Positions 14,954 to 21,597 of a stretch of 21,597 nucleotides of DNA are shown piece after piece. The stretch lies in NCBI GenBank assembly GCA_039588295.1, contig JBDHAB010000044.1:1-21597 (forward strand), given 5' to 3'. A program made the position numbers and the translations under genes. The notes below the pieces were generated by a model, which was not told where the DNA came from, did no database searches, and worked only from the letters and a program-made list of their open reading frames with translations. This stretch comes from Gemmatimonadota bacterium (GTDB lineage: Bacteria; Gemmatimonadota; Gemmatimonadetes; Gemmatimonadales; GWC2-71-9). How positions within the stretch are numbered: position 1 is the first letter of the stretch; each line of letters begins with the position of its first letter.

Positions 14954-17590
14954 CTAGAACCTCCTGGGAGCTTGGTCAAGCAGTGCTCGTAACCGTGGAT
15001 CGGCCTGCAGCGGCTCCCACAGCGGGTCGAGCGCAATTACCTGGGGCGAGACGACTGACGGGTGTGAGAGAAACCGCTCCAAGGTCTCGAGGGCTGAGTC
15101 GTCGTCGCCCACCAGTAGGTAAACCTCTGCGAGTGCAAGGATGACCTGAGGACCCAAGTACGCGTTTCGTGAAGGGGGCATCAGCTCCGCTGCCCGTTCT
15201 GCAGCTGTAATCGCTTTCAGGCTGTCGCCGAGCTGGGCGTACGATGTGCCGAGGATCATGGGCGCCTGCCATTCCTGAGGGCCGAGCTGATCGCTGACCA
15301 GCACAGCATCCCACGCAGTTACGATGCTGTCGTGATAGGCCCTCGGTGCGCCAGTATCGCCACGTCGTGCGGCCGCCTCGGCCTGGAGGAGCCACAGGCA
15401 CGATTCGCACTGGTCGCGAAGGCTTGCCGCCGCCGTGCTGTCGCGGAGCGCAGGCTCCAGAGCCGCAAGCAGGATTCTCCGGTAAGGATAGTGCTGTGGA
15501 AGGGAGATCTTGCCGAACTCGTACAGGACCTCCGACGCCGGGAGCTGCAGCAACATGTCTTGTATGCCCTCGCGCGCGGCCTCGATGTCCCCGTCCCGCA
15601 TCAGCGGAACGTAGATCCGCCCCAGGAGAGGATACGCCCTCCCCGGTCCGAGTAGGATGGCGCGTTCGACGTAGCCCTCTGCCGCCGCGTACTCCCGCAA
15701 AGACAGGTGAAGGAATCCGAGGCCGAAGTCTACGCCTGCACCGGGATCGAGTTCGAGGACCGTCTCGCGGAGTGCCTGCGACTCCCTCCATTGGCCCTGA
15801 TCTCTGCGAACCGCTGCCAGCATGAGAATTGCCTCGGTGTTGAACGGCTGCTCGCGCCGCACACGCTCGATCATGCGCGCAGCGCTATCCAGGTCCCCGT
15901 GTGTCAGACCCTCGTACCATGCCAGCGCAAACTGCGTCACCGGCAGCTCGGGCCCGAGCGCAACGGCCCGGTCCAGCGCCTCCTTCGCCAGCGAGATCCG
16001 CTCCTCCACGGTACCGTGCCAGAGCATCCCAAGCCGGACCCTTCCGAGCTCGGCCCAGGCTTCCGCGAACTCGGGGTCGGCCACGACGGCCCGCTCGAAG
16101 AGGTCCACTGCCTTCCGCAAATCGTTCAGTGTCCCGGTGTCCAGCGCTTTGCCACCCAGGTAGTACAGGTATGCCTCGACGCTGGAGGTGGGTCGCTCGG
16201 CGAGCCGACGGTCCGCTGCCGGAGTGAGCGCCACAAAGAGCGCCGCGGCCACACCACGCGCGATCGTTTCTTGAACCGCGAGTAGGTTGTGCGCGCTGAG
16301 CGCCCGGGGGTAGTCCTCCATCCATACAGGCTCGTCACGACGCGCATCCACAAGCACCGCTGTGACGATAACTGTGTCGACGCCCCAGCGAACGGTCGTC
16401 TCAAGCACGTGGGAAACGTTGTGTCGGTCCGCGATCTCACGGGCCTGTGGCCGCACTTCCCGGTACTGCAGCATCGAGCCGCGCGGCGGGCCTCGCAGGC
16501 CGGCATCCCAGAGCCGGGATATTACTTCACTGTGGAGCCCGTCGGCAAACGCCGTGTTGCTCGGATCCGCGCTCAGATTGTCCAGTGGCAATACCGCCAC
16601 GCCCAAAGGCCATTCCGCGGACCCGGACGCCGAGCCCCGAAACACGGCAACACCAGCCGCCAGCACGGCTATCGCAACCACACCGCCAAGCGCCAGCCTC
16701 TTGTTTCTCCCGCGTTGCCACCACCCGACTCCCGCCCGCTCGCCTGACTCACGCGAAGCGGGCGAGTCCAACTGCTCGGCGAACTCGGTTGCAGTGTTGT
16801 GCCGGTCCGCTGGAGTCTTGGACAGGGCTTTGTCCAGCGCAGCTTCCACGCTGGCCGAGATCCGCTCCCTGACCACCGATATGCGTGGCGTTGGCTCACT
16901 CAGCTTCTTCGCGATTAACGCCTGGTGCGAGGGCGCAGTGAACGGTGGCTCCCCGCTCAACATCTCATACAGCACCGAGGCCAGACTGTAGATGTCCGTG
17001 CGGGCGTCGATCTCCTTGGTGCCCGTCGCCTGCTCGGGACTCATGTACACTGGGGTGCCCACCGCGAGCCCAGTCTCAGTCAATGTCTCCCCACCTGCTT
17101 CGGAGACCGCCCGCGCGATCCCGAAGTCCGCTACCACCGCGTGTCCGCCCTGAAACAGAATGTTTTCGGGCTTGATGTCGCGATGCACGATCCCTAGCGA
17201 GTGGGCGTGGCCCAACGCATCGGCGACTTCCGTGGTGATCGCGAGCGCGTCCTCAATAGGAAGTTGCTTCTCGCGGGTCAGGCGATCGCGGAGCGATTCC
17301 CCCTCGATGAACGGCATCGTGTAGTACAGCTGGCGGTCGGCTTCCCCGCAGTCGTAGAGGGCGAGAATGTTCGGGTGGGTCAGCTTGGCCGCGATCTCGA
17401 TCTCGCGGAGGAAACGCTCGGCACCGAGCGACGCCGCGAGTTCTGGACGGAGAACTTTGAGCGCGACCTCGCGACTGAGCTTCTCATCGCGAGCGAGGTA
17501 GACCACGGCCATGCCACCGCGACCCAGTTCCCGCTCGATGGTGTAGCGGTCGGCGAGGGCAGTCGTGAGTCGGGAGGGAATCTCAGACAT
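14954..17590 (-). CDS. Ser/Thr protein kinase with TM segment, TolB-N-like domain and TPR repeats
   Basis: LGRGGMAVV, VALK, HRDIKPEN, DFG and GTPVYMSPEQ motifs; TM helix; VAVLPLDNLS..FADGL domain; TPR-like helices; terminal DPLWEPLQADPR. Confidence 0.95.
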   Translation of the reverse strand: MSEIPSRLTTALADRYTIERELGRGGMAVVYLARDEKLSREVALKVLRPELAASLGAERFLREIEIAAKLTHPNILALYDCGEADRQLYYTMPFIEGESLRDRLTREKQLPIEDALAITTEVADALGHAHSLGIVHRDIKPENILFQGGHAVVADFGIARAVSEAGGETLTETGLAVGTPVYMSPEQATGTKEIDARTDIYSLASVLYEMLSGEPPFTAPSHQALIAKKLSEPTPRISVVRERISASVEAALDKALSKTPADRHNTATEFAEQLDSPASRESGERAGVGWWQRGRNKRLALGGVVAIAVLAAGVAVFRGSASGSAEWPLGVAVLPLDNLSADPSNTAFADGLHSEVISRLWDAGLRGPPRGSMLQYREVRPQAREIADRHNVSHVLETTVRWGVDTVIVTAVLVDARRDEPVWMEDYPRALSAHNLLAVQETIARGVAAALFVALTPAADRRLAERPTSSVEAYLYYLGGKALDTGTLNDLRKAVDLFERAVVADPEFAEAWAELGRVRLGMLWHGTVEERISLAKEALDRAVALGPELPVTQFALAWYEGLTHGDLDSAARMIERVRREQPFNTEAILMLAAVRRDQGQWRESQALRETVLELDPGAGVDFGLGFLHLSLREYAAAEGYVERAILLGPGRAYPLLGRIYVPLMRDGDIEAAREGIQDMLLQLPASEVLYEFGKISLPQHYPYRRILLAALEPALRDSTAAASLRDQCESCLWLLQAEAAARRGDTGAPRAYHDSIVTAWDAVLVSDQLGPQEWQAPMILGTSYAQLGDSLKAITAAERAAELMPPSRNAYLGPQVILALAEVYLLVGDDDSALETLERFLSHPSVVSPQVIALDPLWEPLQADPRLRALLDQAPRRF

Positions 17591-18120
17591 TGTCGCAAAG
17601 ATAGGCGTCGCGTTGCCAAACGGCGAGAACGCCGCCCGGATTTGGCACACTATTGGCACACAAGCGCAAGAAATGAGCGGCCAAGAAACACCGCCACGAA
17701 CCCGCACGTCGGACACCGCCACACCTCCCACCGCTCATCCGGCGCTCCCGCACCGCAACACAGTTGTAAGTCGTGGCGGCCTCGCGCCTAGCAAGTCATC
17801 TCGTCGCCACAGAAACAGCAGATACGGTCCATCGCGTCCTCCGGTGAGGGATGCGCGACGGTAGCGCGGGAGTGTCAACGTACTCGCACGACTCGCCGGA
17901 GAATGGCGTTAGCCACGATAGCTGACAATTTCGCTCCAATTGTGGCATTGCTACGACTCTTGTTAACAATGGTCCCGTTTCGTATTAAGGCGAAACAGAT
18001 GTAATTACCGTCGGTGGCTCCGCTCGGCCCCGCCGCTATGGAACGCACATCGCTGGGGCGATGCTCCACGCCAGCATTGCGGAGATTCCAGCGGGATCAA
18101 CCCGACCTGGGAGGTGCACC

Positions 18121-18942
18121 ATGAACAGCCACAAGACACTGATGCGGCTCGGCAGCCTGTTGCTTGTCGCGTGTGTCGCAGGCTGCGATGCCCAGACGTC
18201 AACTGCACCCGACGCCATTGGCGACGACATTCATTTTCAACTGACTGGTGCACCCGGCGAGGGGGCTGCCGCGTTGCCCCGTCAGGCGCTCGTGAGCTGG
18301 TGGCCCGCCGACAGACACTTCTTGGACATCCGCGGTAAGAATCACCTGACGGTGCTTGGTGACGTGCCCTTCGTCTCGGGTATTCGGGGACGGGCATTCA
18401 GTTTCGCTGGAACCGGTGATCCCCCTCCCCATGTCAACAAGGTGGACGGCGCCCAGGGCATCGATGGGTTGCAGACACTAACGCTCCAGGCGTGGGTGAA
18501 GCTCGACGCGACCGCACCGGCCAACCAGATCCAGCGTTTTGTGACACTTCTTGGCGAGAAGGCAGTGATCCGTCAGGATGGCGAGAACTCGCCCAGGCAG
18601 TTGCACTTCTACATGAACTTCGGCACGCTCGACATTCTCAACCTCCGGCACGTTCGTGTCAACAACATTCTGCAGACGGAATGCTTCCACCACGTCGTCG
18701 GAACGTACGACGGTAGTGTTTTGCGGGCGTATCTCGACGGTGTGGAACGGGGCACACGCGTTTTTGATGGTACTGTTGCTGACGGGGTCGGGATCGAGTT
18801 TAGTTTCGGGGCAACGCCGGAAGCCCTGCATGGGGCAGTCGACGACGTGATGGTCTTCGATCGGGCGCTCGAACCGTCGGAGATCCAGCACATCTACAAT
18901 GCTGGGCCGGACCGGGACAAGTGCAGCCCACCGGGTGGATGA
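18121..18942 (+). CDS. LamG/concanavalin-A-like domain lipoprotein
   Basis: RBS GGAGG; VAGC lipobox; TLQAWVK, HHVVGTYDG, AYLDG and GAVDDVMVFDRAL LamG motifs. Confidence 0.88.
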   Translation: MNSHKTLMRLGSLLLVACVAGCDAQTSTAPDAIGDDIHFQLTGAPGEGAAALPRQALVSWWPADRHFLDIRGKNHLTVLGDVPFVSGIRGRAFSFAGTGDPPPHVNKVDGAQGIDGLQTLTLQAWVKLDATAPANQIQRFVTLLGEKAVIRQDGENSPRQLHFYMNFGTLDILNLRHVRVNNILQTECFHHVVGTYDGSVLRAYLDGVERGTRVFDGTVADGVGIEFSFGATPEALHGAVDDVMVFDRALEPSEIQHIYNAGPDRDKCSPPGG

Positions 18943-18987
18943 TTGAGTCGGGCGAATAACCCGCGGTTCCTCAGAAACGCACTGTCA

Positions 18988-19020
18988 CAGCCCCGAGCGT
19001 CACGCGGCGTTCGGAGCTTT
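18988..19020 (+). terminator. Family C hairpin
   Basis: cagccccgagcgtcacgcggcgttcggagcttt downstream of the LamG gene. Confidence 0.7.
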
Positions 19021-19030
19021 CGGGAGAGAG

Positions 19031-19080
19031 CATTTCCGATAACGCCTTCCCTATCTCTCACGGGCCACGGCCCGTAGGTT
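19031..19080 (+). promoter_or_regulatory. 50-bp upstream module, copy 1
   Basis: 39/50 ungapped identity to 20532-20581; ends in TAGGTT (-10-like). Confidence 0.55.
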
Positions 19081-19107
19081 CTGGCATTCCCCTCCAAGGA
19101 GTGTGCA

Positions 19108-19575
19108 ATGCGACGCATGGTTCTTCCGTTATTGCTACTCGTTGGCGTGGCCTGCCAGCCTGCTATGACGGACATGACGGATGAGCAGCGGGCGGCAATC
19201 AGAGACACGGTGGAGCAAATCATGGATGGGTTGGTGGACGCCGCGCGAGCACTGGATGCCGTTCCTGTACGTGCAGCGTATGCGGAGAATCCCGTCGTAG
19301 TCCTCAACGGCGTCATCATTGAGGATTTCGATGCCCAGTTCGAGTTGACGAAGCAGTTCCTCGGCTCACTCCAAGTGTTAGACGGCTCATACGACAACCT
19401 GCACTTGGAAGTGCTTGCTCCCGATGCCGTCGTCGTAACGAGAAACGACCACCTGAGATGGACCGACACGACCGGAACGATGGGTGAGTGGCACAGCGCG
19501 TGGACAGGCGTGTTCCGCCTTATCGACGGCGAGTGGAAGATTGTCTACGCCCACGAGTCTATCCCGCCCATGTAG
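19108..19575 (+). CDS. NTF2/SnoaL-like (DUF4440) lipoprotein
   Basis: RBS AAGGAG; GVAC lipobox; terminal WTGVFRLIDGEWKIVYAHES. Confidence 0.88.
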   Translation: MRRMVLPLLLLVGVACQPAMTDMTDEQRAAIRDTVEQIMDGLVDAARALDAVPVRAAYAENPVVVLNGVIIEDFDAQFELTKQFLGSLQVLDGSYDNLHLEVLAPDAVVVTRNDHLRWTDTTGTMGEWHSAWTGVFRLIDGEWKIVYAHESIPPM

Positions 19576-19585
19576 GTGCTCAGTC

Positions 19586-19649
19586 ACCGCCCGGCCCCGC
19601 GCCGGGCGGTTGCGTTTCAGCCCCGCGCGTCACGCGGCGTTCGGGGCTT
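19586..19649 (+). terminator. Family C double hairpin, complete copy
   Basis: accgcccggc-cccgc-gccgggcggt followed by cagccccgcgcgtcacgcggcgttcggggctt. Confidence 0.75.
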
Positions 19650-19672
19650 CGCTATCGTCTGAGGTGGGTGCT

Positions 19673-20101
19673 TCAGTGTGCCACTGTGAACATTCCGTCA
19701 GGGCCATTGTAGACCATAACGAAGCGCGTGAGGATGTCCCGGCCAGTCAACGCAATCAGCGATCCTCCGGCGGCAACGGTCAGCGTCGCGCCCTGCAGGT
19801 TGACGCCGGCGAGCCTGTGATGATCGAAGGCAGGAAAGTTTATGCCTGGAAACTCGAAGCGGGCCGTATATACCGAGTGCTGTTGAACTCCTGCTGCCCC
19901 GCCGACGTTTACCACGCCAATCGGGTGGATTGCCAGATGTTGGACAACCGTTGCATCTACCGCGCTGAAGGTGGCGCCCGTGTCGATCAAGGCGAAACCC
20001 GCGACCGGCGACGGGATCGGCTGGTTAGTCTGCTGGAGTTTCGCGGCCAGGGGTTGAGGCAACTCCACCTGGACCGCGAGGATGGGGCCGTTCTGTAGGA
20101 G
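19673..20101 (-). CDS. Retropepsin-like aspartyl protease, start unclear or 5'-truncated
   Basis: FALIDTGATFSAV catalytic motif and ALTGRDIL C-terminal motif; no convincing start codon or RBS. Confidence 0.75.
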   Translation of the reverse strand, partial: LLQNGPILAVQVELPQPLAAKLQQTNQPIPSPVAGFALIDTGATFSAVDATVVQHLAIHPIGVVNVGGAAGVQQHSVYTARFEFPGINFPAFDHHRLAGVNLQGATLTVAAGGSLIALTGRDILTRFVMVYNGPDGMFTVAH

Positions 20102-20531
20102 GCCGGCCGCTCCGCACCGTGGCCCTATTCTGGAGCGTGTTACGCTCCCGCTCGGGTAGCCGCAGCCAGACGTCGGGCTCAATGGTCTGCCCAGGGACGT
20201 AGATCAACCCCGTCGAGCGTCAACACCTTCAGCACAATGACTGTGGGCATGTGAATACCGTCCTGTGTGGACCGCTGAGACACGTTCGGAGATTGGGTCT
20301 GTCCCGCATAGGCCAGACAACGCCAATTGTATCCGTTTCACGCCTTTCAGGCAGCGACCTCACACGGCTAGTTGACACACTCTGACACGATGCCCAATCA
20401 TTGCATGTGGTTACGGCTCTGACTACGGTGATGGACAGTCAGGTGTCCTGCGTTGCCCCCACGCACCTGAAGCTGCCGCGCGCCTGAACACCGCCACAAA
20501 CCGACACGTTGGGCAGCGCCACACCCACCGT

Positions 20532-20581
20532 CATCTCTGACAACTCCTTCTCTGTTTCTTACGGGACGCGGCCGGTAGGTT
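20532..20581 (+). promoter_or_regulatory. 50-bp upstream module, copy 2
   Basis: Matches 19031-19080; lies upstream of the M55 peptidase. Confidence 0.55.
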
Positions 20582-20635
20582 AGCGGTAGCCGTGAAAGGA
20601 ATATGATTGCGATGCCGAAACCGCAGGAGGTCGGG

Positions 20636-21508
20636 ATGAAAAAGAGCGTGACTGTCATGGTGCTCGCAGCACTGACCGTGGCGATGATGTCGGCGCAGGC
20701 CCAGGGTCTGAAGGTCTTCATATCGGTCGACATGGAGGGCATCACCGGTGTCGTCAACTGGGAAGACGTGAGTCGAACCGGGAAGGATTACGGCTACTTC
20801 AGGCGCATCATGACCCTCGAGGCGAACGCGGCGGTCGAGGGTGCCCTCGCCGCCGGGGCGACGGAGATCGTCGTACGCGACTCCCACGGCTCGGGGCGGA
20901 ACCTTCTGCCTGAACTGCTGAGCCCGCAAGTGAGACTCCTGCGCGATTGGTCCGGCGGACCGCTGTCGATGATGGAGGGTATCGACGACACCTTCGACGC
21001 CGTCGTCTTCGTCGGTTACCATGCCAAGGCGGGTACCCCGGACGCGCTGCTCGACCACACGTCGTCCGGAAACGTGACGGACGTGTCCATCAACGGTGTG
21101 TCGCTACCTGAAGCCGGATACAACGCCCTGATCGCCGGTCACTACGGCGTGCCCGTGGTGTTCGTGGCGGGTGACGGAGCCATCTGCAATCAGGTGGAGG
21201 CCCTGTTTGGCACAGTGGAGACGGTGGCGGTGAAGGAAGGGATAGGGTCCGCAGCCCTCACTCTGCATCCCGAGGTCACGCGCGAGCGAATCCGGACGGG
21301 AGTGGCGAGAGCGCTCTCCGATCTCAGCCGATTCGAGGCCTATGATCTGGGCTCACCGTACACCCTGGTGCTGACCATGAAGGACGAGGTGGTCGTGTAC
21401 AACGGCTCGTTCTATCCGGGTGCGGAACGGACGGGCGAGTGGGAGCTGACGTTCACCGCCGACAACATCATCGACGTCATGACCGCGTACAGCTTCATGC
21501 GTCGTTGA
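20636..21508 (+). CDS. dppA: D-aminopeptidase, peptidase family M55 (DppA-like), with signal peptide
   Basis: RBS GGAGG; KVFISVDMEG, RDSHG, GYHA and DHT zinc-ligand motifs. Confidence 0.92.
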   Translation: MKKSVTVMVLAALTVAMMSAQAQGLKVFISVDMEGITGVVNWEDVSRTGKDYGYFRRIMTLEANAAVEGALAAGATEIVVRDSHGSGRNLLPELLSPQVRLLRDWSGGPLSMMEGIDDTFDAVVFVGYHAKAGTPDALLDHTSSGNVTDVSINGVSLPEAGYNALIAGHYGVPVVFVAGDGAICNQVEALFGTVETVAVKEGIGSAALTLHPEVTRERIRTGVARALSDLSRFEAYDLGSPYTLVLTMKDEVVVYNGSFYPGAERTGEWELTFTADNIIDVMTAYSFMRR

Positions 21509-21597
21509 GCGGCAGCTGCAGCGGCCGCGCTCCGCTACGCAACAAGCCCTGCCGTCCCGGCGCGTCGAGCCTACGAAGAGGTCATCCCGATGCTCGC

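Noticed and set aside
20374..20389. TGACAC x2 short direct repeat as another arm site
   Set aside because: Only 6 bp with no supporting context; could be chance

Overview
GC-rich bacterial accessory region, probably Gemmatimonadota (inferred from two copies of the 'L..AL.DRY.IERELG.GGMA.VYLA' Ser/Thr kinase family). It holds about 15 unrelated genes, most encoding exported or envelope proteins: a beta-propeller amidohydrolase, a GT1 glycosyltransferase, an outer-membrane barrel, a TolB-like propeller, dba-dsbI, NTF2-like proteins, lipoproteins, a kinase-TPR protein, a LamG protein, a retropepsin and DppA. The main signal is the non-coding scaffold. Seven same-orientation whole or partial attachment-site-like units occur between 243 and 14938. 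Each complete unit is a tRNA-Ser(UGA) 3' half that starts exactly at the anticodon loop, joined to a ~138-bp arm ending in a 12-bp tandem repeat. Three complete tRNA halves carry a 53-bp hairpin insertion in the T-loop and a fourth is empty. One unit still abuts a tyrosine-integrase remnant, while unrelated cargo genes occupy that slot in the others. Terminator and promoter/leader modules are also reused next to different genes. The window reads as a tRNA-att-punctuated, cassette-like gene-accretion array. No intact tRNA or intact integrase is present, so activity cannot be shown from this sequence.
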